Source: Leucoraja erinacea (lineage: Eukaryota). From it: a stretch of 64,000 nt of DNA. Under the pieces are notes generated by a model. The model was given only the letters and a program-made list of their open reading frames with translations, ran no database searches and had not been told where the DNA came from. Below are positions 26,036-39,000 of the stretch, in pieces. Made by a program: the position numbers and the translations under genes. Location of the stretch: contig NC_073377.1 of NCBI RefSeq assembly GCF_028641065.1, positions 164,424,001-164,488,000 of the forward strand. The letters are read 5' to 3'. Each line of letters starts with the position of its first letter. Within the stretch, counting starts at the first letter, position 1.

Positions 26036-27957
26036 TCATCCCTACTAACTCAATAGCTTCCTAAAACATAATCCTCAGAATTTCTACACTTTGAGAAAGT
26101 TACAAGCCTCTGCTTTTCATATAACATTAACCATGATATTGTTAGTTGACATGGATTACTTGCTTTTACCTTGGATATTTTTTTATTTTATTTTTGTTAT
26201 GCAATATGTGTTGAAAATACTGACTTTTTTTGTCATAATTTACTGATAAATGACAAATTTCTCACCAGTATACTGCGCAAGTACATAGGTGGATTTAAAT
26301 TCAAAATTCTAATTTCTGATTGTGTGCATCTTAATCATAATGTGATAACATTTTCCAAGAGTATCTCTTACTAAGAGATTATCAATTAACAGTGGCTCAC
26401 TGCACTAGATAAAAGTCTAAGATAACCTTTTCCTCTGCTTTCATCACGTTATTTTAGGAAACTGCTTCAAAAGTACTTTAACACACTACTCGTCCAATTA
26501 CCTTTGGCAATTTGACTTGTTCAGTGTTTATAAATATTAAATTCCCTCATGATCATAGTATTCAGAAGCTTTTCTTGATTTTCTGCACAAGCTGTTTTTT
26601 GCGCCTTGTCAGCTTTTATTGTATATTCTTTCTGACTATTCCTGTTTATATGGCACAATTTTTAAATAGACTTAAAATAATTTATCAATATCATCAACAT
26701 TATGTGATCAGATCTTCCATACCCTCCAACATCTTCATCCTTCTAATTCCCAAACATTCACAAATTTTCTGCCCTGTCCTTTATATTTTGCTTGTCCTTT
26801 CTACACACACACTGTGGAATAATTAATTTTCAACTCTGATCACAATGTACTCTGCTGCTGTGAGAGGTATGAAATCAAGCCCATGCGCCTTCAGTTTGCT
26901 AGCTCCACCCACATCACTCGCTCCTGTATAGACCACAGAATCTGGAACCTCCCCATTCAAGCTCTGAGTTACCTTTGAGACTCCCAGTCAAGGCTGCTAA
27001 GAACAGTATCAATTATCCCAAATCTGACCCTTTCCACTAAATTTTCATTCTCTCCTCGAGATGATATAGGAATCAAATTTCTCATCCATACTAATCGTTT
27101 GTTTTCATATTCATTCAGATAGCAAGTACCTCAGACATATTGGACTATGTTTACGGCATACTCTCCTGCATCCTGGGTCCCACTTCTGCATGATGCCAGT
27201 GGCCTTGACAACCACCATCATGAAATGCTTTGAGGCTAGTTATGGAACGCATTAAATCCAGTCTACCAAGCAGAAACATTATACCTCCCGAAACATTCAC
27301 AAACCCTGCATCAGAAGCACAAACAGCACTTCTGCCCCACTAACCAAATTGATGACTTTAGAACTTTAACAATGGAATCCATTTAAATCCACTCTGCATC
27401 AGCAAAGCCTACTCATTTACAAATGTATTTAAACTAATCCAAGTTACTCAAGTACTCATTCAACGCCTAGACAATAATCATTTATTCACGCACTTATGCT
27501 CATGTGTTATGAAAGTCTGACCTATGGACACTTTTATATACGAACGAATCATAACAATCAGGGGATAGAGCCGAGCATAGTTGGAGGCACGAAGCAGACT
27601 CACTCACACACCGAGCCAGTGAGGTTGTTCTTTCCGGGCCTGCTTGTTCTCTGTCACAGCAGTTACTGTGACCCTCTGCCGCACTGTATCTGTTCATTTC
27701 CAATTTGCAAACAAATTGGGTTACGAACATTTCTCAGAAACATAACCCTTTCATAACCCAGGGACTGCCTTACCCAGTCACCAGATCACCTGATTAACTG
27801 TTAATTGCCACCTCCAGGCAGTTAGTTTACAATCAAAACTATAAATAATGTGCAAAATAAATTAATTTTTAAGTCAAACAATTTTACGATTCACCAATTG
27901 ACAAACAAACTAATTTCCCAATTTCTGAACTCATTGAAAGGCACATTTTGTTTGTTT

Positions 27958-28252
27958 ACTTAGTTTAATTTAGTTTAGATGAGATACAGCGTGGAAACAG
28001 GCCCTTCGGCCCACCGAGTACGCGCCGAAGAGCAATACCCGCACAATAACGTTACACACACTAAAGACACTTTACAATTATACCAAGCCAACTAACCTAC
28101 AAACCTGTACGCCTTTGGAGTGTGGGAGGAAACTGAAGATCCTGGAGAAAACCCAGGCATGTCACGGGGAGAACATACAAACTCCATACAGACAAGCACT
28201 CATAGTCAGGATCAAACCCGGGTCTCTGGCAGTATAAAGCAGCAACTCTACT
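27958..28252 (-). mobile_element. HE1-like SINE
   Basis: Homologous to 19002-19310; B-box remnant ggatcaaaccc. Confidence 0.8.
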
Positions 28253-28877
28253 GGTTTACTTAGATGTTTTTAGCAGCATTTGCTATACGAAAAACTCCCA
28301 AAGCCACGGCATGGCTATTCTTATACCAGATATGTGTTTCTTCAAAGACAAATAAAGCCAATCAGTTATTGACCATCGTTGGGATGGTTGGTTTTTGAAT
28401 TGCACGAACAGTACAATAATACAATCTTTAACATCAGAAAAGGTAATCAAGACAAAATTAATAACAAATAATGAACAATTTTAGTTGTCTCGGTCTACAA
28501 ATCCAAAAACAAAAATATGAATTCTCCACACAAACAATAGTTGGAAAAAAAACCACACTTATTATCTATTATAACTTCACATTAAGATGACCTACAATTT
28601 ATGCAATATCTGATGCCAAGCTATTTCAATTAAAAATGCTAGAAAAATAGTCTATCACCTTGACAATGGTATGGAGAGGACTGTCCTACTCGTTTCGAGT
28701 GACCGCCAATGATCACTCATGAGAGACAATTTAAATTTTAATTAGTATATATATAATGTAAATATATATAATGTATAAATAATGTCAATAAATGAGCTGG
28801 GTATCAATGTTGATTGGTTAAGTTTAGTTTCGAGATACAGCGCAGAGACAGGCTCTTCCGCCCACCGAATCTGCATC

Positions 28878-29270
28878 GAGGAAGGAACTGCAGATGCTGG
28901 TTTACACCGTAGACAGACCCAAAAGCTGCAGTAACTCAGCGGGGCAGGCAGCATATCTGGAGAAAAGGAATAGGTGACATTTTGGGTCAAGACCATTCAT
29001 CAGACTATGAATCAGGGGAAATGGAAATGAGAGGTGTGGGAAGGTATGGAAATAATGAGACGGAAACAATGGCCCAGGAAAGGCGGAGCCCACAATTGTC
29101 TATTGCCGGTCATGGAAGAGATACGAACAGGGAAACGAGCAGAGCAATAAAGTGGCGGTGGGAACAGAGAGAGGGAAAGCAAGGGTTACTTGTGGTTAGA
29201 GTAGACCATGTTCACACCGCTGGGGTGTAAGCTGCCCAAGCAAAATATGAGGTGCTGTTCATCCAATTCC
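28878..29270 (-). mobile_element. Penelope-like element 3' fragment
   Basis: Terminal repeat plus aatatgaggtgctgttc segment shared with the other PLE copies. Confidence 0.7.
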
Positions 29271-29299
29271 GTTGTTTGTAAATACGAAACACCAGTATG

Positions 29300-30454
29300 T
29301 AACTAGCTACCCAGTTACCCAGTTGGTAGCTCAGTCTAGCTAGCTACCTAGCTGTCCATCTAGCTAGCTACCTAGTTATACAGTATGTATCCATCTAGCT
29401 GGTTCAATTGTGATCATGTTTTGTCTTTCTGCTAACTGGTCTGCTAAAATATTTTTACTTTACCTCGGTACACATGAGAATAAAGTAATGAGGGGGAAAC
29501 AATTATATTAGATGATTTATGTGGATTGGTGTAACAACACAATAGTTATTGCAAAGCTTCAGTTGTTGCTCATATTGTATTGCTCCTTCACAGGTGCTCT
29601 CCCCTAAATCTACATTTTCAGTTGCCTTCCCATATGCACCGTTTAAAGGTGCCCTCCCCCAATTCAACATTTACAGATGCCCTCCCCTAATTCACCATTT
29701 AAAGATGCCCTCCCCTAAATCCCCCTCCTATTTACATGCACTCCCCTAAACCCACATTTACAGGTGCCCTCCCCTAAATCCCCCATATTTCTCCCCCCAT
29801 CCATCTAGCTACCTAGTTTTCCAGTATGCCTCATAGCTAGCTAGCTATTTATCTATCCAATATGTTGCTGTCTAGCTATCTATCTAGCTAGCCACTTATA
29901 TAGCTCAATCTAGCTAGCTACCAAGCTATCCAATATGTAGCCATCTAGCTAGCTACCTAGCTTTTCAGTATGAAACCAACTAGCTAGCTACCCATCTGTC
30001 AAGTATGTAGCCATCTGGCTTGCTATCTAGCTATCCAGCATATAGCTCATAGCTTGCTACCCAGCTATCCATTATCCATCTATCTGGCGATCTAGCTATC
30101 CAGTACATAGCTCTGTCGAGCTAGCTATCCAGTATATAGCCATCTAGCTAGCTGTTGCTATCCAGTGTGTAGCTCAGTCTAGAAAGCTATCTAGCCATTC
30201 AATATGTAGCTATCCAGCTAACTAGCTATCCAGTATGCAGCTTAGTACAAACCATCCAGCTAGCTACCTGACTACCTAGCTCAGACGAGTTAGCTATCCA
30301 GTATGTAGCTCAGTCTAGCTAGCTATCTAGCTATCCGTAGCTCAGTCAGACTATCTAGATATCCAGCAAGTCAGACAAGTTAGCTACCTAACTATCCAAT
30401 ATACCGCCATCTAGCAACCTATCTAACTATTCAGTATGTAGCTCAATCTAGCTA
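29300..30454. repeat. Degenerate TAGCTA-rich tandem array, with an embedded ~30-bp ccctcccctaaat array at ~29597-29800
   Basis: Recurrent tagctagctac...tatccagtatgtagc units visible directly. Confidence 0.85.
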
Positions 30455-31353
30455 CAGAATTTTGGTTGTATTTCGCGTCTTGAATTTTCGTCACTTTTCC
30501 AGTCCTGAATTTTCGTCGCTTTATGCGTCCCGAATTTTCGTCACTTATCGCGTCCTGAATTTTCGTCTCTTTTCGCATCCTCAATTTCCGTCGCTTTTCG
30601 CGTGCTGAATTCTTGTTACTTTTTGCATCTTGAATTGCCGTCGCTTTTCGCATACGGAATTTTTGTTGTATTTGGAGTCTTGAATTTCGTCACTTTTTCC
30701 GTCCTGAATGTTCGTTGCTTTAACTGTCCTGAATTTGCGTTGCTTTTCGCATCCTGATTTTACGTCTCCTTTTGTGTCCTCAATTTTCGTCGCTTTTCGA
30801 GTACTGAATTTTCGTCGCTTTTCATGTCCTGAATATTTGTCGCGTTTCGTGTCCTGCATTTATGTTGCTTTTCACATCCTGAATTTTCATCGCTCTACGC
30901 GTCCTGAATTTTCGTCGCTTTTCGAGATAAAATTTTAGTCATTTTTCGATCCTGAATTTTTGTTGCTTTTCACATCCTTGAAGTTTCATCGCTTTTTGCA
31001 TCTTGATTTTGGTCGCATTTCGCGTCCTCAATCTCTGGTGCTTTTTGCGTACAGAATTTTAGGTGCATTTCACGTCACTTTTCGCGTCCTGAATTTTGGT
31101 CGCTCTACACGTCCTGAATATCTGTCGCTTTTCGCGTCTTCAATTTCGGTTGCTTTTCGCGTACAGAATTTTAGTTGCATCTCACATCTTAAATTCTTAA
31201 TCTCTTTTCGCATCTCACATCTTAAATTCTCGTCACTTTTCGCATCGTGAATTTTCTTCTATTTTCGCAGAATTTTAGGTGCATTTCACGTCAATTTTCG
31301 TGTCCTGAATATTTGTCGCGTTTCGTGTCCTGTATTTATGTCGCTTTTCACGT
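30455..31353. repeat. 25-bp CpG-rich minisatellite (consensus ~cctgaattttcgtcgcttttcgcgt)
   Basis: gaatttt recurs at 30482, 30507, 30532 and onward (period 25). Confidence 0.92.
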
Positions 31354-31587
31354 GAACAATAATCTATCACCTTGACCTCATCTTTGTCAATAAGATGACT
31401 ACGGTACTATTAAGCAAGATAATTGTGGATCCAATCCCACACACTATCATCTCATTCATGATTGAAATCTGACCCACCTGTAACATCAAAAACTGCTCCA
31501 TTCTGTCAACTTGAAAACTTGATGGAGCGATGGCAAACATGAAATCAAATAAACTACAAGCAGTTTCTGTTAATGCAATGTGAACAT

Positions 31588-33107
31588 ACAGCAATGTTTA
31601 TACATAGTCCCCCCATTTCAGGGCACCATAATGTTTGGGACACATGGCTTCACAGGTGTTTGTAATAGCTCAGGTGTGTTTAATTTCCTCCTGCATGCAG
31701 GTATAAGAGAGGTCTCATAACCTAATCTTTCCACCAATCTTTCCATCACCTTTGGAGTATTTATTGCTGTTTATCAACATGAGGACCAAAGTTGTTCCAA
31801 TGAAAGTCAAAGAAGCCATTATGAGTGGGAAACAAGAATAAAACTGTTTGAGACATCAGCCAAACCTTAGGCTTACCAAAATCAACTGTTTGGAACATTA
31901 TTAAGAGGAGAGCACTGGTGAGCTTCCTAATCAAAGGGACTGGCAGGCCAAGGAAGACCTCCACAGCTGATGACAGAATTCTCTCTATAATAAAAAAATA
32001 ATCCATAAACACCTGTCCGACAGATCAGAAACACTCTTCAGGAGTCAAGTGTGGATTTGTCAATGACCACTGTCCGCAGGAGACTTCATGAAAAGAAATA
32101 CAGAGGCTACACTGCAAGATGCAAACCACTGGTTAGCTACAGAAATAGGATGGCCAGGTTACAGTTTGCCAAGAAGTACTTTAAAGAGCAACCACAGTTC
32201 TGGAAAAAGGTCTTGTGGACAGATGAGACGAAGGTTAACATATCAGAGTGATGGCAAGAGCAAAGTATGGAGGTGAGAAGGAACTGTCCAAGATCCAAAG
32301 CATACCACCTCATCTGTGAAACACAGTGGTTGGGGTGTTATGGCCTGGGCATGTATGGCTGCTGAAGCTACTGGCTCACTTATCTTCATTGATGATGCAA
32401 CTGCTGATGGTAGTAGCATAATGAATTCTGAAGTGTATAGACACATCCCATCTCCTCAAGTTCAAACAAATGCCTCAAAACTCATTGGCCGGCAGTTCAT
32501 TCAACAGCAAGACAAAAATCCCAAACATACTTCTGAAGTAACAAAGGAGTTTTTTTAAAGCTAAAAAAATGGTCAATTCTTAAGTGGCCAAGTCAATCAC
32601 ATAATCTGAACCCAAATGAGCATGCCTTTATATGCTGAAGATAAAACTAGCTTCCAAAACAAGCATAAGCTAAAGATGGCTGCAATACAGGCCTAGCAGA
32701 GCATCACCAGAGAAGACACCCAGCAACAAAATACTAAACATGACTACTTTCATTGACATGACATTACTGTCCCCCAAACATTATGCTGCCCTGAAATGGG
32801 GGGGACTACGTATAAACACTGCTGCAATTTCTACATGGTAAAACCAAAATGTATAAAAAATACCCTTTATTAAAATCTGACAATGTGCACTTTAACCACA
32901 TGTGATTATTTTTCAATTACAAATCTCAAATTGTGGAGTACAAAGGCAAATAAATAAATGATGGGTCTTTGGCCCAAAGTATACTGGATACTGAGTTGGA
33001 TGATCAGCCATGATCATATTGAATGGCGGTGCAGGCTCGAAGGGCCGAATGGCCTACTCCTGCACCTATTTTCTATGTTTCTATGTTAACATTAGGAGGG
33101 CACTGTA
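31588..33107 (+). mobile_element. Tc1 DNA transposon (long IR/DR-type terminal repeats), defective, with a CR1 tail inserted at ~32979-33087
   Basis: Transposase remnants (VRRRLHE, VLWTDETK, GVMAWACMAA, QQDKNPKHTS); 31606-31643 is inverted relative to ~32768-32808; right end ...ggagggcactgta; outer part of left TIR missing. Confidence 0.9.
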
Positions 33108-33486
33108 TGATTGCTGCAGAAAAGCGTATTGGATGGGCAGAAGAAAAAAAATGTCATGCTAGGATTAATGAAAACCACAAATTTAAGTCATAATAGCGAA
33201 AAAGCATGGTCCATAATCAGGAAAGCAAGCAACAATCCATAGAAAACAGAGGCATCGTTGTCACGTAATAACCAAGAACAAAAACCACTATAATTTAGAG
33301 CAAGTAATTTGATAAATTCATCATGAACTACTACAGATCATTTTGAATTCTTGTAGCTTTAGTAACAATTAGAGATGTAACACCACTAATTAAGATGAAG
33401 AAACGCTGGAACTCCTAGAGTACATGATTCAGTCAATCATCAAATACTGCTTTGGAAGACCTTAGACATGGTTGGACTCTTATCTG

Positions 33487-34606
33487 TAGCAATGTTACAA
33501 AATTTTGAGATTTTAAAAATCAAGTCTGCAATTTATCCCATCAGATAAACAATAAAAATAAGTTTAATTTGACACCTGATTCACTTTCATATCTTCAGTA
33601 TTAAAAATGTTATGGCCATTTTCATACTCGGAAATTAGCATCTTGTTCTCTATTGATTTTCCATTGACTTAACACAAAAGCTGTGATCGAGGACAGTGAA
33701 ATGGCCATAACTTTCTTAAAAACTAAGAGAACTGAAAGAAATTTTCAGTTATTATAGATTAAAGCATTCTGACACAAATATGAAACAATCTTACTTGGAT
33801 GACCTGACATTAAAGCATATAATTAGTTAGTTACCCAATTGTAGCTAATTCCAAACTTCAATTACTAGATCTAAACATCTATCCATTTCTTAAGAAGAGA
33901 TTAACATTTTTAAATAGCCTAAGTGTCCAAATAACATTCACAAAGAATTCACAATAAAACATGATTTTTAAATCTTTTACATTAATTTATAGGCCAAATG
34001 GAAGGAATTTAGTGTTCAATTGTAACATCTGCAAAAATGGTGAACAAATTCACCCAAATACTAACCTAGAAAATGCAGGTCAATAAACAAATTCATCCAA
34101 ATGAAAATTAATGGCCATTTAAATCAGCTTTCGAGTGGGATCCTGTGGAACTCTGTGGAACGCGCTGGTTTAGAACGTTCCCATTGCGGTGGATTTGTAC
34201 CCCATATGCCCAGAAAAATATTGCGGGATTTAATGTGGCCCCAAATTAGCTACTCGCAACATAAAACTTTGTATAAAGGGATCTTAAGAAGCCCTTTTTA
34301 ATGTAAAAATAAACAACCTACCTTCCGTTGTACCCTGTATGAGATCCTTCCCATTGTCGGCGGTCGCGGGTTTAGAGGATAATTTTTAACCTACTATAAC
34401 AATTAAATTAACCAATTAAATAGCTCCAGCGAACGAAACTTGAAGCGATTTTTCGTCAGCAACTAAGTAGGCTGAACAACCTCGATTTGAATAGCCTAGG
34501 GAAAATCACGTGTTAAACCCGGCTCCCTCTCAACGGCGCCAAAATCGCACACACGGGCTTGGACAGATCTGCAGCGCCGCTTAAGGTAGGTTTTGCAACA
34601 TACCTA
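33487..34606. mobile_element. Non-autonomous DNA transposon (hAT-like TAG termini)
   Basis: Imperfect 16-bp TIR tagcaatgttacaaaa / ttttgcaacataccta; 7-bp flanking direct repeat ttatctg at 33480-33486 and 34607-34613. Confidence 0.65.
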
Positions 34607-34613
34607 TTATCTG

Positions 34614-35075
34614 ACCTCAAAAAATTGCAGAAAGTTTCAGAAGCAGCCAGTTCAACATGCAAACCAGCCTTCCCTTTCATCAACTCCACCTGTACTTCAT
34701 GCTACCTTGGGAAATTAGCTGCCATGATCAAAGACCATGAAGATCATTCTTACTTCTTTCCTCTCTCGTTGGGCAGAAGAAACAAAGTTTGAAAGCACTT
34801 ACCAACACATTTTAAAGGACAACTGCTCTGCTGTTATCAAACTTTTGAATGCACCTCTCATTTGCTAATGATATGTTCCTGATCTTACAATCTACCTCAT
34901 GGCGTTCCTTGCACATTTGTTTAATCTGCACTTTGTCTTGAGCTGTAACACTGCACTTGGTTTCCTTTCTCCTTTTGCACATCCTGTTGTACTTGCATGA
35001 TATAATCTGCTTGGTTAGCATGCCAAAAAAATTTCTCAATGTATCTCAGTGCACTTGACGGGAATAAACTAATGT
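34614..35075 (+). mobile_element. Old Rex-Babar-like LINE 3' fragment
   Basis: KKLQKV...TSCYLGKLAAMIKD...FFPLSLGRR remnant and tail gggaataaact. Confidence 0.55.
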
Positions 35076-35411
35076 TGATTCTAACCCAAGCATGATCAAA
35101 AATAAATCTTGGTAGTATATGGAACTTGGAGAGAAATTCTGCCACGGTATTTGCAATGGAACTTCCTACCAAGGAAATAAATCTACGGAAAGATTTTAAC
35201 ATCTGCAAAAATGGTGAACAAATTCACCCAAATACTAACCTAGAAAATGCAGGTCAATAAACAAATTCATCCAAATGAACATACACTGGCAACTGCTTCT
35301 TTCCAGATTACCCACTGTGCTGTCAATTAACTTGACAGCAAATCGAAGCAAAACATAGGCCAAACACGTGCAAATAAAGGGCTGAACATCAAATCGAAAG
35401 TGTTCTATTAG

Positions 35412-36040
35412 GCAGTGAAGAAAGCGAATGGCATGTTGGCGTTTATAACAAGAGGAATCGAATATAGGAGCAAAGAGCTCCTTCTGCAGTTGTACAGAGC
35501 CCTAGTGAGACCACACCTGGAGTATTGTGTGCAGTTTTGGTCCCCTAATTTGAGGAAGGACATTCTTGCTATTGAGGGAGTGCAGCGTAGGTTTACAAGG
35601 TTAATTCCCGGGATGGCGGGACTGTCATATGCTGAGAATGGAGCAGCTGGGCTTGTACACTCTGGAGTTTAGAAGAATGAGAGTGGATTTCATTGAAACA
35701 TATAAGATTGTAAAGGGTTTGGACACGCTAGAGGCAGGAAACATGTTCCCGATGTTGGGGTGGTCTAGCACCAGGGGCCACAGTTTAAGAATAAGGAGTA
35801 AGCCATTTAGAACGGAGACGAGGAAACACTTTTTCTCACAGAAAGTGGCGAGTCTGTGGAATGCTCCGCCTCAGAGGGCGGTGGAGGCAGGTTCTCTGGA
35901 TGCTTTCAAGAGAGAGCTAGATAGGGCTGTTAAAAATAGCGGAGTCAGGGGATATGGGGAGAAGGCAGGAACGGGGTACTGATCGGGGATGATCAGCCAT
36001 GATCACATTGAATGGCCTACTCCTGCACCTATTGTCTATT
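35412..36040 (+). mobile_element. CR1 LINE 3' part (ORF2 C-terminus plus 3' UTR)
   Basis: KKANGMLAFI...LYRALVRPHLEYCVQFWSP...FKRELD, one frameshift. Confidence 0.92.
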
Positions 36041-39000
36041 ATCTCACAATGACACATGCTTTCAAGACCCACAAAATGACAGGAAGATATGATTGTCCCA
36101 AAACAGCACCTTTCCCAAGTTTGCACTCAAATATAAGGATTGCACCCAAACATGATTAAGAACCTCATGTTCACTGAGTGCTCAACTGTAATAGGAATGT
36201 TCTGCCGACTCCAAGAAAATAGACTCATTGTTGAATCACTAAAGCTACCTTGAATCAAATCACCAAAGCTGCATTACACAAACTAATGTCAACTACTTTT
36301 ATAACATCACTGGATTAGCTAGAGTCTGCCAGTGATGTTATAAAAGGCTTGTGCATGTAGAGAATTCTTAATTATTAAAGTTAATACACTGAGGTTGTAC
36401 GAGAGATTTCTAATGATAATGATGTCCGTCAATATCACCTATGATCACTGATAAGGAGATCATGTCAGGTTCAAACTGGGCATCATCCTCCTATGATCAA
36501 CATGGGATGGGGATGTGGTATGCAGCAGGGTGACAGCCTCAAACCCAAGTTAACAGGTCAGAGTGGCATAGCAAACCAAATATCTGTAGTTATGACCAGA
36601 GACAACTTATTGGTCCACCTTCTGCTTAAAGATTGATTTGGAAGGTACAAGAACTTTCCAATGTCAATGAGAATATTATGACATAATCTTAACAGGAAAG
36701 AAAAAAGATTCTGGAGAACGATGAAATCCATTCTTGTCCTACTAAAGTTGGAGTGACAGCTAGCAGATTTTCACAAAACTTCCTTATCAAAGTGTAATCT
36801 TCTCAAGTATTGTAGACCATTGAGGAGAACTGATTCCTTAAAAATCTGGAACAATATAGAACTATTGTGAGCAGTTTTTTCCTATCTTCCATCATCCAGC
36901 AAACTACCCTGCCCTGCATGGCTCAATTTAAGCTCTCACTCATCTTCAAAACAGCAGAAATCTTCACATCCTACTGCTTAAACATGTATCAGCATTCATG
37001 TTTACAGTGCATATAATCAGCTGCAAACAGGGTTTTTAGCTAATCCTGTACAATACCATGCACAAAGATATTTCCCTGATCTTCTCCAAGGGAATGTAAC
37101 TTTGTCCTTCACAGGTTATTACCCTCAAGGCAGATATGTTTCTCTTGAGTGCACCCTAAACTGAACTGGGGAGATTTATGAACAGGTGAAAATGATACAT
37201 ATATTTTGCATAATTAGACAAACATTTTATAGCATTTTTAAACAGAGAAAGCATATCATGCAGCCAATTAATGGCAAAATCGAAGAACTACTTTATACAC
37301 ATGTACAAATCAGTCCACCAAGATAGAAAATTTATAAAATATTGCCAAATGATAATGTAATTTCATACCTGCTTTTAATAGCAAGGAATTCAATAGCAAA
37401 GCCAACCAAGACTTACCAGCAAATCATCCAGACAACTGGTGTAGTGGGTCCACTTGGCATGTAAACACAATCAAAATCACATTTGCTAAGAGAGCACAAG
37501 CTTGATGAAAAAATGTTGACACCATTTCATCAGCAAACTTTCCACTATAACACTTGATTCGACTTGCAAGCATCAAGACCAAATTAATTATTTTCCTTGG
37601 TATAAAGACAGCAGCATTGCTTTTCAACAGCTACAAATCTTCTGCATATCATTTCAATTTTACTCCAAACGTGCATGAAAGAGATCAATTACAAAGGCAA
37701 AATGAGTGGCTTTTCTTGACATCGAGGAACCCTCGAGTCAATAGGCATCAAGGGGCTGGTATACCAACAGTAATGGACAATAGTGGTGGTAATTGGAGGT
37801 GTATCGCATTAGCACTAGGACATCAGTGCAGGAGTTTCACAAAACGGTTCCCAAGGCCCACCGTTTTCTATTGCTTTGTTGAGCTTCTTTCCATAATAAT
37901 TGGAACATTGGTTAATAGTTGCATCATGTTCACCAACTCTGCAGCAAGTAAATTGGTGCATAACTACATGTAGATAGAACTTCAAAATAACTGATAAATG
38001 GGGAGGAGGAAGAGATGGTGGTGGTGGTGGGGGAGATGGGGCAGCAGTGGTAGGGGAAGAAAGAGGGAGCAGTGGGTGAAGGGGGAGCCACGGCTTCAGA
38101 CTTTCTGGTCGCCGTCTCCTCCACCCCCTCCCTTTATCCCCCAACTGCCTTCAGCCCATCACCACCAACATCTCCCTCCCCCAACCACTCCCGCCTCCTC
38201 CTCCTCCCTCGCCAACCCAATCCACCTTTGAAGCGACAGCAGGTAAGGGGGGGACGGGGCGGACGGTGATTTATGGGGAACATGGAAACCCAAAATCTGG
38301 ATTAACTCAGCTGACGGAAACAGTCTGAGGAAAGGGTCCCAATGCCGCTTCTCCATGTTCTCCAGAGATCCTGCCCCGCTGAATTACTCCAGCACTTTGT
38401 ATCCATTCGGTGGGTGAAAAAGAGTTTGAGAGTTGGGAGCGGCGTCAGAAAAAAGCTCTAAACGGGTGGGGAGAAGGAATGGGTCAGTAGGTCCGTCCTC
38501 TATGTCCAACATCTGTTATAACGGGGTTGTTAAAACGAGTTTACACTCTAGTGTCTTTGAGATTGAGAGCATTGTTAATTATTTAACAAATAAGGTACCC
38601 GGCCGGAAAGGGCGTTCACCACTGGCAATGCCATCAGTGGCCCCTTAGGGAATTTCAACTGAGCTTTCATTATTTTGTCCATATTGTAGGGATGGGCGGA
38701 CCATCAGTTGCCAGAAAAATCTGTGTTCAACCTGTAGAATACTCCCCACTTGCCTGACTGAATGCAGCAACAACACATAAAACCCAACACTATCCTAGAC
38801 TAACCTAACTACCGTTTTGGTATTCTATTCATATCCAACCCGTACACAAAAGGTACACTATGGCTGCAGTGAGTGACACTTTGACTGTGAATAGAGGTGC
38901 ACTGCAGTTATTTGGCTACGTTAGTCTGACAGCATCTCCTGAATTCACAACTTCTACCACCAAGGAGGACAAGAGCAACACGTTTAATGTCCAATAATGA

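Noticed and set aside
30423-31250. K/R-rich and F-rich ORFs and a regular, CRISPR-like periodicity
   Set aside because: A 25-bp tandem repeat without unique spacers in a vertebrate intron; the ORFs are translations of the repeat and no cas genes are present.
31267-31283. 17-bp match gcagaattttaggtgca with 53331 and 55753
   Set aside because: No extension beyond the match; compatible with chance in AT-rich DNA, and the latter two sites are the same duplicated segment.
37998-38260. G-rich then C-rich imperfect inverted region
   Set aside because: Low complexity, no clear TIR or TSD; cannot be assigned.
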